Below are positions 9,760-20,466 of a stretch of DNA of 64,000 bases, one piece after another. The notes under the pieces are model-generated. The model did not search any database. It was not told where the DNA came from and saw only the letters and a list, made by a program, of their open reading frames with translations. A program made the position numbers and the translations under genes. Each line of letters opens with the position of its first letter. The stretch's first letter is position 1. This stretch comes from Nitrosopumilus sp. GTDB taxonomy: Archaea > Thermoproteota > Nitrososphaeria > Nitrososphaerales > Nitrosopumilaceae. The stretch is from contig OZ242186.1 in NCBI GenBank assembly GCA_965205675.1, positions 1,920,001 through 1,984,000 of the forward strand, in the 5' to 3' direction.

Positions 9760-10494
9760 TTACTTTCTTTCTTTGATTCTAGCTCTACCAGTCTTTCTTG
9801 CAGCTATACTACCTACCTTTGCACCAGGAGGAGCATCTCTTGAAACTGTAGAACTTTGTCCAACATGTTGATGACGACCACCACCGTGTGGGTGTACATA
9901 TGCTGCTTGAGCAACACCTCTTACAATTGGATATTTTTTTCCTTTAGCTTTAAAACTACGCCACTTGTTACCAGCACTCATAAAATGTCGTTCGCTTGCT
10001 CCGCCACCAGCAAGAGTGCCAATCATAGCTCTATTCTTAGGATTCAGAGTAGCAAATTTTCCAGAAGGTAGTTTAACAGTTACACCGTCATCACCATGAG
10101 AAAATATAGTTGCGTTAGTACCTGCAGACTTGACAATAGCACCACCATCACCAAAATGCTTTTCAATATTACATACAATTGTACCATCAGGAATGTTTTG
10201 AACACTAATGACATTTCCTTTCTCAATTTCTGATTTTAGTCCAAATTGTAAAGTTGTACCTACTGTAGTACCAAGAACTGCAGGTACAAATGAAACAGAG
10301 CCATCTTCAAATCTAACTTTTGCTAGTGGCGCTTCTCTACCACGTTCATGAATAAGATCGATAATTTTGCCCATATGTTGTTCTGATAGTGGAAAACGCG
10401 GATAATTTGCTTTTGTGCCTACTTTACCAGTAGATGTAGATCTAAACTGATTGCCTCCACGGCCTCTTCTTCGAACTAATGGTCTCTTACCCAA
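9760..10494 (-). CDS. rpl2: 50S ribosomal protein L2 (uL2)
   Basis: (M)GKRPLVRRRGRG, VRGVAQAAYVHPHGGG, GAKVGSIAARKTG; TTG start at 10494 preferred over 10563. Confidence 0.96.
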   Translation of the reverse strand: MGKRPLVRRRGRGGNQFRSTSTGKVGTKANYPRFPLSEQHMGKIIDLIHERGREAPLAKVRFEDGSVSFVPAVLGTTVGTTLQFGLKSEIEKGNVISVQNIPDGTIVCNIEKHFGDGGAIVKSAGTNATIFSHGDDGVTVKLPSGKFATLNPKNRAMIGTLAGGGASERHFMSAGNKWRSFKAKGKKYPIVRGVAQAAYVHPHGGGRHQHVGQSSTVSRDAPPGAKVGSIAARKTGRARIKERK

Positions 10495-10597
10495 GTTGAT
10501 CGTTTGCGACGTAAAGAGAATTTTAAGCTTGTGGTGTTCTTTGTTAGTTTCAAGAATTACCACAAAGGTATAAAAATTAGAATTGAGGCCATTGAGT

Positions 10598-12784
10598 ATG
10601 AGTCAAAATGCTCTTTCTCTCAAAGTTCTTGAAGCATATACAAGAGATGTAGGAAGAGGTGTAGCAAGAATCGATTATGACTCCATGGACACATTAAATG
10701 CCTCTACAGGCGATGTTATTGAAATTAAAGGGAAAAGAAGAACAGTTGCAAAATGTCTTCCACTTTATCCATCAGATGAAGGTAAAGGAATTATCAGAAT
10801 TGATGGACTTGGAAGAAATAATTCAGGGATTGCAATTGGTGATACAATATCTGTTAGAAAAATTAAAGCAGTAGCTGCAGAAAAAATAGTGGTTGCTCCA
10901 CTTGAAGCAATTCCTCCAATAGATGAAAGATATCTTGCAGATGCTTTAGAAAGTGTGCCTTTGATTAAAGGAGATAATGTGATGGTCCCATACTTTGGTG
11001 GGCGTTTAACTTTTCAAGTTATTGGAGTAAACCCAGCAGCTGATGCAGTATTAGTAACTCAAAAAACTGTTTTCCATATTGCAGAAAAAGGAGAAACACT
11101 ACGTGGAGTTCCGCAAGTAACATACGAAGACATTGGTGGCATTCATAATGAAATTAAAAAAGTTAGGGAGATGATTGAGCTTCCATTACGACATCCAGAA
11201 ATTTTTGAGAAATTGGGAATTGAAGCTCCAAAAGGTGTTTTATTATATGGACCTCCAGGTACTGGTAAAACTCTACTTGCAAAAGCAGTAGCAAATGAAA
11301 GTAATGCACATTTTATCAGCATTTCAGGCCCAGAAATTATGAGTAAGTTTTACGGTGAAAGTGAGGCAAGATTAAGAGAAATTTTCAAAGAAGCGAGAGA
11401 GAAAGCTCCATCAATTATTTTTGTAGATGAAATTGATTCTATTGCACCAAAAAGAGAAGAAGTTACTGGAGAAGTTGAACGAAGAGTTGTTTCTCAAATG
11501 TTATCATTAATGGATGGATTGGAAGCAAGGGGTAAAGTAATTGTAATTTCAGCTACTAACAGACCAAATGCAATTGATCCTGCACTTAGAAGACCAGGAA
11601 GATTTGATAGAGAAATTGAGATTAAGGTTCCAGATAAAAAAGGAAGAAAAGACATTCTTGCAATTCACAGTAGAAATATGCCTTTAGGTGAAGATGTTAA
11701 CCTAGATAAAATTTCATCAGTTAGTCACGGATACGTTGGTGCAGATTTAGAATATCTTTGTAAAGAGGCTGCAATGAAATGTTTAAGGAGATTATTACCA
11801 GTTTTGAATTTAGAGGAAGAAAAACTGCCTCCTGAAACATTAGATAAACTAATTGTAAATCATGAAGATTTCCAAAAAGCGTTGATTGAGGTAACACCAT
11901 CTGGAATGCGAGAAGTTTTCATTGAAAATCCAGATGTGAAATGGGAAGATGTTGGTGGTTTAGAGGAAGTTAAAAAAGAATTACAAGAAGCAGTAGAATG
12001 GCCAATGAAGTACCCAGGCCTTTATGATAAATTAGGACACAGTATGCCAAGAGGAATATTATTACATGGTCCAAGTGGTACTGGTAAGACTTTACTTGCA
12101 AAAGCAGTTGCTACTCAAAGTGAAGCAAACTTTGTTTCAGTAAGAGGTCCCGAACTCTTATCAAAATGGGTAGGAGAATCAGAAAGAGGCATTAGAGAGA
12201 TTTTCAAACGTGCACGTCAATCTTCACCATGTGTTGTATTCTTTGATGAAATTGATTCTATTGCACCAATTAGAGGAGCTGGTGGTGAGACCGCAGTTAC
12301 TGAGAGAGTTGTAAGTCAATTATTAACAGAACTAGATGGTATGGAAAATATGCATGGTGTCATAGTATTAGCAGCAACAAACAGAGCAGACATGATCGAT
12401 CCTGCATTACTAAGACCAGGACGATTTGATAAAATTATACAAATCCCACTTCCAGATAAAGAAAGTAGAAAGAGTATCTTGAAAATTAATGCTGAAAAGA
12501 TTCCAACTATTAGTGAAGAAAGTGATCCTAAACATGTTGATTTCGATAAACTTGCAGAATTAACTGATGGGTTAAGTGGTGCAGATACTGCATCCATTGC
12601 AAACACAGCAGTATCATTAGTAATTCATGAATTCTTAGATTCCCATCCAGATGTTAAAGATATAGAGAAAAAGGATGTTAATGCCAAAGTTTCTATGAAA
12701 CACTTTGAAGAAGCAGTAAAGAAAGTAAGAGAACAAAAAGATCTCAAAATGGGCGAAAAACTAGTAGCTTCCTATTACAGATAG
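10598..12784 (+). CDS. cdc48: CDC48/VCP-family AAA+ ATPase
   Basis: N domain plus two AAA modules ([16 protein letters not shown]; DEIDS; RPGRFD); C-terminal YYR; ORF track starts at 10583. Confidence 0.96.
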   Translation: MSQNALSLKVLEAYTRDVGRGVARIDYDSMDTLNASTGDVIEIKGKRRTVAKCLPLYPSDEGKGIIRIDGLGRNNSGIAIGDTISVRKIKAVAAEKIVVAPLEAIPPIDERYLADALESVPLIKGDNVMVPYFGGRLTFQVIGVNPAADAVLVTQKTVFHIAEKGETLRGVPQVTYEDIGGIHNEIKKVREMIELPLRHPEIFEKLGIEAPKGVLLYGPPGTGKTLLAKAVANESNAHFISISGPEIMSKFYGESEARLREIFKEAREKAPSIIFVDEIDSIAPKREEVTGEVERRVVSQMLSLMDGLEARGKVIVISATNRPNAIDPALRRPGRFDREIEIKVPDKKGRKDILAIHSRNMPLGEDVNLDKISSVSHGYVGADLEYLCKEAAMKCLRRLLPVLNLEEEKLPPETLDKLIVNHEDFQKALIEVTPSGMREVFIENPDVKWEDVGGLEEVKKELQEAVEWPMKYPGLYDKLGHSMPRGILLHGPSGTGKTLLAKAVATQSEANFVSVRGPELLSKWVGESERGIREIFKRARQSSPCVVFFDEIDSIAPIRGAGGETAVTERVVSQLLTELDGMENMHGVIVLAATNRADMIDPALLRPGRFDKIIQIPLPDKESRKSILKINAEKIPTISEESDPKHVDFDKLAELTDGLSGADTASIANTAVSLVIHEFLDSHPDVKDIEKKDVNAKVSMKHFEEAVKKVREQKDLKMGEKLVASYYR

Positions 12785-12816
12785 TTTTAATAAAATAATA
12801 AATCTAATTCTTATAA

Positions 12817-14106
12817 ATGTCAGAATATATCGGATATGTTGGAAATTCATTAGAATTTTTAAAAACAAATCAGATTTCAATTGGAGATTCTGTAAAAATT
12901 TTAGCTGATATTACTTTTTCAGGCATAATTATGCCCAGATATGAACACAGTGACGACAAACATATTGTTTTGAAATTAAAAAGTGGTTATAACATTGGTT
13001 TAGAAATTACTAAAATTAGAAAGATAGAAAGAAACCCACCTATAGAAAAAAATACTAAAAAAAATGAAAGGATAGAAAAAGATTCTAAACTTCCAAATAT
13101 TTTATTATTATCAACTGGAGGAACAATTGCAAGTAAAATCGATTATAGAACAGGAGCAGTTACTCCAGTTTTGACAGCTGAGGAATTAAATTCATATGTT
13201 CCCGAGCTTGCTAAAATTGCCAATATAGATACCAAAGTATTATTTTCGGAATATTCAGAAAATATAATGCCTGAACATTGGTTAAAAATTGCTGAAACAA
13301 TAAAAGAATATTCTAAATCAGATTATTTAGGAATTATTATTGCACATGGTACAGATACTATGCATTACACATCATCTTATCTTTCTTTTTCACTTGCAGG
13401 CTTTCCAATACCAATAGTATTAGTTGGATCACAAAGATCATCTGATCGTGCATCATCAGATGCAGTATTGAATCTAATTGGTGCTGCAAAACTTCTAACA
13501 AAATGCAACACAAATGGAATCTACATAGCAATGCATCAAGATGAAAATGATGAAACAATTGCTTGTCATATAGGTACAAGAGTAAGAAAAAACCATACTA
13601 GTAAAAGAGGAGCATTTCAAACAGTTGGAGATGATCCTGCATTTTTAATTGTAAATAATGAAATTCATAACAATATGAAGACTGAATTTTTTACAAATAA
13701 AGAATTTGAATCTAAAATAAAAATAAATAAGAAAGTTGCACTAGTGAAATATCATCCTGGATACGATCCAAACATGTTAAAAAATATCATAGATTTTGGA
13801 TGCAAAGCAATAATTTTTGAAGGTACGGGCCTAGGCCATATTGGAGAAAATATGTACTCCATGGTGAAAATTGCAAAAGAAAAAGACATCTTTATGGGAA
13901 TGACTTCTCAATGTATAGATGGTAGAGTAAGAATGACAGTTTATGAAAGCGGCAGAGATCTGCTTGATTTAGGCATAATTCCCCTTGAGAATATGATTCC
14001 AGAAATTGCACTAGTGAAGGCAATGTGGGCAACAGGAAACACTGAAAATTATGATGAAATCAAAGAAATTATGTTAAATAAAATTGCATCAGAGTTTTCA
14101 ACATAG
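12817..14106 (+). CDS. gatD: Glu-tRNA(Gln) amidotransferase subunit D
   Basis: KLKSGYNIG, STGGTIASKIDYRTGAV, HGTDT, GSQRSSDR. Confidence 0.96.
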   Translation: MSEYIGYVGNSLEFLKTNQISIGDSVKILADITFSGIIMPRYEHSDDKHIVLKLKSGYNIGLEITKIRKIERNPPIEKNTKKNERIEKDSKLPNILLLSTGGTIASKIDYRTGAVTPVLTAEELNSYVPELAKIANIDTKVLFSEYSENIMPEHWLKIAETIKEYSKSDYLGIIIAHGTDTMHYTSSYLSFSLAGFPIPIVLVGSQRSSDRASSDAVLNLIGAAKLLTKCNTNGIYIAMHQDENDETIACHIGTRVRKNHTSKRGAFQTVGDDPAFLIVNNEIHNNMKTEFFTNKEFESKIKINKKVALVKYHPGYDPNMLKNIIDFGCKAIIFEGTGLGHIGENMYSMVKIAKEKDIFMGMTSQCIDGRVRMTVYESGRDLLDLGIIPLENMIPEIALVKAMWATGNTENYDEIKEIMLNKIASEFST

Positions 14107-14118
14107 TCAGATGTAACC

Positions 14119-16026
14119 ATGGAGAAATTTTCAATTAAAGATGCAGGTATCAAAGTAGGACTGGAGATCCATCAACAGCTTGCAACAAATAAAAAATTAT
14201 TTTGTAATTGTACCACTATTGAATCAGATGAATATTCAATAAAGTTTCAGAGAAAATTACGAGCATCTAAAAGTGAATTAGATGAATTTGATCCTGCAGT
14301 ACTATTTGAGAGTACAAAATCTAAAACAATAATGTATTATGCAAATCAAGAAAGTAGTTGTTTGGTAGAACAAGACGAAGAGCCACCACATGAATTAGAT
14401 GAAGATGCAAGAAAAATTGCACTAGTAATTTCTTCTGCTTTAAAGTCAAATATTTTCAGCGAGATCTATCCAATGAGAAAAACAGTGATAGATGGTTCTA
14501 ACACAACTGGATTTCAGCGTACCATGCTAGTTTCACAGGGAGGATTTTATAATGTAGGAGAAACAAAAATAGGAATTCAATCTATTTGTTTAGAAGAAGA
14601 TGCTGCTAAAATATTAGGGGAAGAAGGAACTACAAGAAAATTTGGTCTAGAACGCTTAGGTGTACCGTTAGTTGAAGTTGCAACAGAACCTTTTGAAGTA
14701 GAATTAGCTGAAATTAAAAAAATTGCATTATCCTTAGGAAGAATTTTACGAAGTACAAAAAAAGTAAAAAGAGGTTTAGGATCAATTAGACAAGACGTTA
14801 ATGTTTCAATCAAAGATGGGAAAGGGATTGTAATTGAGGTTAAAGGAGTACAACAATTAGATCAGCTAGAAAAAGTTGTAGAGTATGAAGCAAAAAGACA
14901 ACAGGGATTGCTACAAATCTCAAAAAAAATACAAGAGACAAATTGGAGTTATGATGAGGAAAATAAAAAAGATATTACGGAATTCTTTTTAAAATGTGAA
15001 TCAAAGATTATTCAAAATGCCATAAAGAAAAATCAGAGAATTGTATCCATTGCGTTTAAAAATATGGCTGGAATGTTTGGATTTTCACCATATGAGGACA
15101 TAAGATTAGGAAAAGAAATAGCTGAACTGGTAAGATTCTTTGGAATTGGAGGAGTTTTTCATTCAGATGAATTACCCAACTATGGAATAGAAAAATCAGA
15201 TTTAGAGAATCTAAAGAGATTTTTAAAAATTAATGATAATGATGCGTTTTTGATTTTAGCAATTCCTGAGGAAAAAATCCATATTGTTATAGATCAAATT
15301 ATTTTAAGAATCGAACATATCAAGAATCAAGGCATTCCAATAGACACAAGACTAGCCACACCGTCAGGAGAAACAAGATTTCTCAGACCAAGACCAGGAG
15401 CTGCAAGAATGTATCCTGAAACAGATATTCCTCCAATAATCATAACTAGAAAAGAATTAGAAACAGCTGAACAAAACATACCAAAATCTTGGGACGAGTC
15501 TTTAAAAGAATTAGAAACAAAATACAAATTGAATTTACAACTTGCTGAGCAGATTTTTGATTCACGATATATTGGATTGTTTGAAAATATAATTGAAAAA
15601 ATTAAAATAAATCCAACATTTGTTGCATCAATTCTTTGCTCTTCAATTACAAATTTAGAAAGAAGTGGATTAAATTCTAATTTATTAAAGAATGATGATG
15701 TTTTCAAAATATTTGAATTATTATCAAAAGGAAAAATTGCTAAAGAATCAATTGTGATAATATTTGAAAGTATCATGTCTGGAAAATCAAAAAATGTTGA
15801 AGAAGCTATGAAAAATACTTTTATAGAATCTATAAATGAAAAGGATTTAGAAAAAATTATTGGAGATATAGTAAACAAAAATGATGAAATTATTAAAAAT
15901 CAAAAAGAAAGAGCAATGGGACCATTAATGGGAATTGTGATGAAAGAATTAAGAGGGAAAGCTTCTGGCGAGACAATAAACAGTCTTCTCTTAAAAAATA
16001 TCAAAAAGAAGATATCAGATTTATAG
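14119..16026 (+). CDS. gatE: Glu-tRNA(Gln) amidotransferase subunit E
   Basis: GLEIHQQL, KLFC, DGSNTTGFQRT, RGLGSIRQDVNVSI, RPRPGAARMYPETD. Confidence 0.97.
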   Translation: MEKFSIKDAGIKVGLEIHQQLATNKKLFCNCTTIESDEYSIKFQRKLRASKSELDEFDPAVLFESTKSKTIMYYANQESSCLVEQDEEPPHELDEDARKIALVISSALKSNIFSEIYPMRKTVIDGSNTTGFQRTMLVSQGGFYNVGETKIGIQSICLEEDAAKILGEEGTTRKFGLERLGVPLVEVATEPFEVELAEIKKIALSLGRILRSTKKVKRGLGSIRQDVNVSIKDGKGIVIEVKGVQQLDQLEKVVEYEAKRQQGLLQISKKIQETNWSYDEENKKDITEFFLKCESKIIQNAIKKNQRIVSIAFKNMAGMFGFSPYEDIRLGKEIAELVRFFGIGGVFHSDELPNYGIEKSDLENLKRFLKINDNDAFLILAIPEEKIHIVIDQIILRIEHIKNQGIPIDTRLATPSGETRFLRPRPGAARMYPETDIPPIIITRKELETAEQNIPKSWDESLKELETKYKLNLQLAEQIFDSRYIGLFENIIEKIKINPTFVASILCSSITNLERSGLNSNLLKNDDVFKIFELLSKGKIAKESIVIIFESIMSGKSKNVEEAMKNTFIESINEKDLEKIIGDIVNKNDEIIKNQKERAMGPLMGIVMKELRGKASGETINSLLLKNIKKKISDL

Positions 16027-16103
16027 TGCAGGAGGTAGGTTTGAACCCACGAAATCCTAAGATATAGGGCCCTACGCCTTTGACTAGGCTGGGCGACTCC
16101 CAC
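16027..16103 (-). pseudogene. tRNA-Leu-like gene lacking its anticodon loop (pseudo-tRNA)
   Basis: GTGGGAG TC GCC CAGCCTAGTCAAA GGC G TAGGG|CCCTA TATCTTAGGATTTC GTGGG TTCAAA CCTAC CTCCTGC A. Leu-type D arm, long variable arm and A73, but the anticodon stem halves abut with no loop and the T loop is 1 nt short. Confidence 0.8.
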
Positions 16104-16169
16104 AATGAAAAATTTTAAAATCAGAAATAAGTTTCTTTATTATACATTGGAATGATCACAAAATAGAAA

Positions 16170-16334
16170 ATGGAATTCAGAGAAGTGTATTGTTCGAACT
16201 GTAAAAAAATTCTAGGGCGATATAGTATTAAATTCTATACAGAAGATAAAATTAGTGAATTGTTAAACACTACACATTCAATGCATGTCAAAAATGGACA
16301 TCAAATTACCATAAGAGAATTTAAAAAGGATTAA
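16170..16334 (+). CDS. Putative 54-aa zinc-binding micro-protein (not in ORF track)
   Basis: MEFREVYCSNCKKILGRYSIKFYTEDKISELLNTTHSMHVKNGHQITIREFKKD*; CxxC...HxxHxxxxH; stop overlaps the convergent gene's stop. Confidence 0.65.
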   Translation: MEFREVYCSNCKKILGRYSIKFYTEDKISELLNTTHSMHVKNGHQITIREFKKD

Positions 16335-16870
16335 TTTGATTTAATTTGTTCAACTGCTTGCCAAAGATTTGAAATTCGATGAATTTTATTTTCAGATATA
16401 TGTTGGTTCCAAGGTTGTGAATACAAAATTATTTTTTTATTATTTTTAAGAAATTTTTCTGCATTAAGAGGAGAATCATCAATGAATATATCATAATCTA
16501 AATCAGCTTTCATCGGTCCATCAATTACAGATACATAATTATCATATGTAACATTATGATAATTCAGCCAAGACTTTACAAAGGAATCAGTAGAACGTTC
16601 TCTTGCCGTGACTATATCAACTTGACCAAGATTAGAAAGAGAATTTGTTACAGATGACAAGTTTTCTTCAGTAGGAGGTATGGTATCCCAATTTTTCCAA
16701 CAGGAATTTAATTCAATGTAAAAATCAAAGGGATTTATCTCAAATTTTTTCCAAAATTCCCAATCAGTTATTTCATGTTTAGATATTTTCGGTCGTATAG
16801 AATTATTGTAATTTATCCAGGATGTTATAACATCAGCAAGTACGCCATCAACATCTAGGGCAATTTTCAT
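16331..16870 (-). CDS. HAD-superfamily 5'(3')-deoxyribonucleotidase (NT5C-like)
   Basis: IALDVDGVLAD motif I, IVTAR, IFIDDSP, QPWN; ORF track starts at 16882. Confidence 0.8.
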   Translation of the reverse strand: MKIALDVDGVLADVITSWINYNNSIRPKISKHEITDWEFWKKFEINPFDFYIELNSCWKNWDTIPPTEENLSSVTNSLSNLGQVDIVTARERSTDSFVKSWLNYHNVTYDNYVSVIDGPMKADLDYDIFIDDSPLNAEKFLKNNKKIILYSQPWNQHISENKIHRISNLWQAVEQIKSN

Positions 16871-16878
16871 TATACTAA

Positions 16879-17931
16879 TCAATCACTAGATTTTTTGAAT
16901 TCATCTAAAAGATTTTTTTGATGTTTATTGAGTTTTTTAGGAACGTTTACTACAATTCTAACAAATTGATCTCCTTTACCTCTAGAATTGATATGTGTAA
17001 CTCCTCTACCTTTTAGTTTGATTATTGTGTTTGGTTGACTGCCAGAATCAATTTTGATTTTTTCTGTACCCTCTAGTGTTGGAACAACAACTTCACAACC
17101 TAACGCGGCATCAATCATGGATACATTTTGATCATAAAAAATATCTTTTCCATCTCGATTAAAGTTAGAGTGAGATTGTACTCTGACTCGTACAATTAAA
17201 TCACCATTAACACCATCAGGGATTTCATTTCCTTCATCAGGAACAGTATAATCACCTGAATCAATTCCAGGAGGAATGTCAAATGTTACAGTTTTAGAAC
17301 CGTTTTTCTTTCCCTGACCTCTACATTCATTGCATGGAGTCGCAATAGTAGAACCTTGTCCTCTACAAGCAGGACAGGATGTAGCAGTTACAAATGATGC
17401 AAATCCCATGTTACGAGTTTGTCTGACTTGGCCTTGTCCATTACATGTTGCACATGTTTTTTTATTAGTTCCAGGTTTAGCACCAGAACCATTACAAATA
17501 TTACATTGAATTTGTTTTTGTAAATCAATTTTTACTTTTTTTCCATGTAAAACATCTTCTAATGTAACAGAAGTTTCATAAAGAATGTCAGAACCTCTTT
17601 GTTGTTGATTAAATCCACCCCCACCACGACCAAAGATTGATTCAAAAATAGAATCAAAACCTCCTCCTTGTGCACCTTGAAATATGTCATCAGTTGAATA
17701 TTTTCCATCAACACCAGCGTGTCCATGTTGATCATAGACTTGTTTTTTTTCAGGATCAGAAATTATTGCATATGCTTCGGAAATTTCTTTAAAATGCTCA
17801 CCAGCTTCTGCAGATTTATTACGGTCAGGATGAAACTTTAATGCTAATTTTCTGTATTGTTGTTTAATTTCATCAAATGATGATGATTTGCTGACACCTA
17901 ATACTTCATAATAGTCACGTTTTGCAGTCAT
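16879..17931 (-). CDS. dnaJ: Chaperone DnaJ
   Basis: J domain with HPD, G/F region, four CxxCxGxG repeats. Confidence 0.97.
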   Translation of the reverse strand: MTAKRDYYEVLGVSKSSSFDEIKQQYRKLALKFHPDRNKSAEAGEHFKEISEAYAIISDPEKKQVYDQHGHAGVDGKYSTDDIFQGAQGGGFDSIFESIFGRGGGGFNQQQRGSDILYETSVTLEDVLHGKKVKIDLQKQIQCNICNGSGAKPGTNKKTCATCNGQGQVRQTRNMGFASFVTATSCPACRGQGSTIATPCNECRGQGKKNGSKTVTFDIPPGIDSGDYTVPDEGNEIPDGVNGDLIVRVRVQSHSNFNRDGKDIFYDQNVSMIDAALGCEVVVPTLEGTEKIKIDSGSQPNTIIKLKGRGVTHINSRGKGDQFVRIVVNVPKKLNKHQKNLLDEFKKSSD

Positions 17932-17979
17932 GAATCATACCTTTATTGTAATTACCGTATAAATGATTGAATTCTAAAT

Positions 17980-19872
17980 TTAATTGGTTTTTATTTCATC
18001 AGTAGATGATGATTCGTTTGCTTGCCCTTCAGCACCTGCTTGCCCTTCAGCACCTGCTTGCCCTTCAGCACCTGCTTGCCCTTCAGCACCTGCTTGCCCT
18101 TCAGCACCAGGTGGAGGTGTAGCATTCTTGTAAAGCTCTGTAGTAACTTCATTAACTAGAGTTTGTAATGCATCAAGTTTTGGTTTTAGTTCATCTGCTT
18201 CTTTATCTAAAACTTCTTTGACTTCTTTTACTGCATCAGTAATTTTGATTCCTTGTTCTTGAGAAATTTTATCTTTAAGATCATGATTGACTAATTTTTC
18301 AGTAGTGTAAATGTAGCTTTCTGCTTCATTCTTCAGATCAATTTTCTCTTTCTTCTTTTTATCTTCATCAGAGAATTTTTCTGCATCCTCTTTTAGTTTT
18401 TCAATTTCTTCTGGAGATAGTTTAGAGCTTGATTCAATTGTAATTTTTGCTTCTTTTTGTGTTCCAAGATCTTTTGCTGTAACATTGATTATTCCATTAG
18501 CATCAATGTCGAATTTTACTTCAATTTGAGGAACGCCTCTTGGAGCTGGTGGTAAATCTGTGAGATTGAAACTACCTAATGATACATTATCAGTTGCCAT
18601 TGGTCTTTCACCTTGAACAACATGAATGGTAACTGCTGTTTGATTATCAGCTGCAGTTGTGAAAACTTTACTTTTTGAGGTTGGAATGGTAGTATTTCTT
18701 TCAATTAATGGCTCTCTAACACCACCCAAGGTTTCAATCCCCAATGTTAATGGAGTTATATCAAGTAAAACAATATCACTACTAACATCTCCTGCAATAA
18801 TTCCTGCTTGGATTGCAGCACCCATTGCTACTGCCTCCATTGGATCTACACCTGATTCAGATTCTTGACCTATTAATTCATTGACAAATTTTTTGACCAA
18901 AGGAATTCTTGTTGGTCCACCAACCATGACAATTTTGCTAATATCAGAATTGGAAAGTTTTGCATCCTCTAGTGCTTTGAGTACTGAAGGTTTACATTTA
19001 TCTACAATAGGACCAATTAATTCATCTAGTTTGGCTCTTGTGATTCTTAATTCTAAATTTTTAGCACCTGATGATGCATCATGTGCAATAAATGGTAAAT
19101 TGACATCAGTTTCCATTACAGTAGATAATTCAATTTTTGCTTTCTCAGATGCTTCTCGAATTCGGGTCATTGCAGTAGAATCTTGTGAAAGATCAACGCC
19201 TTCTTTTTTCTTAAATTCATCTACTACATAATCAATTAGAATTTTATCCATATCAGTACCGCCCAGTTGAGTATCACCAGATGTACTAAGAACTTCAAAA
19301 ACACCTCCACCCATTTCCATTATTGTAACATCAAGTGTACCACCACCAAAATCAAAGACAAGTATTTTCATGTCTTCTTTTGATTTATCTAAACCGAATG
19401 CCAAGGATGCAGCAGTTGGTTCATTAATTATTCTAACAACATCTAATCCAGCAATGGTTCCAGCATCTTTAGTTGCTTGCCGTTGATTATCATCAAAATA
19501 TGCAGGAACAGTAATTACTGCTTTTTCAACTGTTTCACCAACAAATGCTTCAGCATCTTTTTTGATTTTTTGGAGAATGAATGCAGAAATTTGTTGAGGT
19601 TTGTATTCTTTATCTAGAATTTTAAAAGTATGGTCAGAACCCATTTTTCTTTTGGCTGCAACAATAGTATTATCAGGATTTGTTACGGCTTGTCTTCTGG
19701 CAGGCTCACCCACTAAAAGATCGCCTTCTTTAGAAAATGCTACAACTGATGGAAATGCCTTTCCGCCCACGGTAGCACCTTCAGCTGCTGGAATAATTGT
19801 GGGTTTTCCGCCCATAACAACTGCAGCAGCAGAGTTACTTGTTCCTAAATCAATCCCAATAATTTTAGTCAT
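17980..19872 (-). CDS. dnaK: Chaperone DnaK (Hsp70)
   Basis: [36 protein letters not shown]. Confidence 0.98.
   Translation of the reverse strand: MTKIIGIDLGTSNSAAAVVMGGKPTIIPAAEGATVGGKAFPSVVAFSKEGDLLVGEPARRQAVTNPDNTIVAAKRKMGSDHTFKILDKEYKPQQISAFILQKIKKDAEAFVGETVEKAVITVPAYFDDNQRQATKDAGTIAGLDVVRIINEPTAASLAFGLDKSKEDMKILVFDFGGGTLDVTIMEMGGGVFEVLSTSGDTQLGGTDMDKILIDYVVDEFKKKEGVDLSQDSTAMTRIREASEKAKIELSTVMETDVNLPFIAHDASSGAKNLELRITRAKLDELIGPIVDKCKPSVLKALEDAKLSNSDISKIVMVGGPTRIPLVKKFVNELIGQESESGVDPMEAVAMGAAIQAGIIAGDVSSDIVLLDITPLTLGIETLGGVREPLIERNTTIPTSKSKVFTTAADNQTAVTIHVVQGERPMATDNVSLGSFNLTDLPPAPRGVPQIEVKFDIDANGIINVTAKDLGTQKEAKITIESSSKLSPEEIEKLKEDAEKFSDEDKKKKEKIDLKNEAESYIYTTEKLVNHDLKDKISQEQGIKITDAVKEVKEVLDKEADELKPKLDALQTLVNEVTTELYKNATPPPGAEGQAGAEGQAGAEGQAGAEGQAGAEGQANESSSTDEIKTN
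18019..18108. repeat. Perfect 18-bp tandem repeat x5 in the dnaK 3' end, encoding (GAEGQA)5
   Basis: TGCTTGCCCTTCAGCACC repeated five times with no mismatch. Confidence 0.97.
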
Positions 19873-20444
19873 ATTTTATCATCATCCTTTTTTGAAATTT
19901 CTACTAGTGTAGGTCTTATAATAGCTTTGTGAGAAATATATCCCTTCCTAATCTCTTTTGTGATTATATCATCATCTAAATAAGGATCGTTAATTATTGA
20001 AATAGCCTCATGGAAATTTGGATCAAATATTTCCCCTAACGCATCAATTGGTTCAATATGATATTTTTTTAACAAAGAATCCATATTTTTTAAAATAGAA
20101 TCTAGACCTTCAGAATTTATTTTACTTTCAGAAAAAACTTCTTTTGCTCTAACAAAGTCATCGTATATTTTTAGAAAATCTAATGCAAATTCATTGATTT
20201 TTGTATTTATACCATTTTCTATATCAAATTGAGTTTTTTTAGTAAGATTTTGAAAATCTGCCAATGCAAGTTTTAATTTTTCTTCATATTCTGATGACTT
20301 TTGTTTTTCTAAATCTAGTAATTTTGATATATCCTCATTATTAATTTCAGGAGATTTTGATTCATCTACAGAAAAATCGATTTCGGATTCATTTTCAGAT
20401 ACTATATCAACTGGAATCTCATCAGAATTAGTGTCGTTTGACAA
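19869..20444 (-). CDS. grpE: Nucleotide exchange factor GrpE
   Basis: [18 protein letters not shown]...IRPTLV; overlaps the dnaK start. Confidence 0.93.
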   Translation of the reverse strand: MSNDTNSDEIPVDIVSENESEIDFSVDESKSPEINNEDISKLLDLEKQKSSEYEEKLKLALADFQNLTKKTQFDIENGINTKINEFALDFLKIYDDFVRAKEVFSESKINSEGLDSILKNMDSLLKKYHIEPIDALGEIFDPNFHEAISIINDPYLDDDIITKEIRKGYISHKAIIRPTLVEISKKDDDKI

Positions 20445-20466
20445 TTCAATGAAAATAAAAGTTTAG

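Noticed and set aside
10495-10563. N-terminal extension of uL2
   Set aside because: Homology begins at (M)GKR with TTG 10494; the extension covers the divergent rpl2/cdc48 promoter region.
15900-16103. 67-aa minus-strand ORF MGVAQPSQRRRAL...
   Set aside because: It is a reading through the pseudo-tRNA and antisense gatE, not a plausible protein.
18019-18108. Direct repeats as a possible CRISPR array
   Set aside because: Units are contiguous with no spacers, in frame within dnaK, and no cas genes are in the window.
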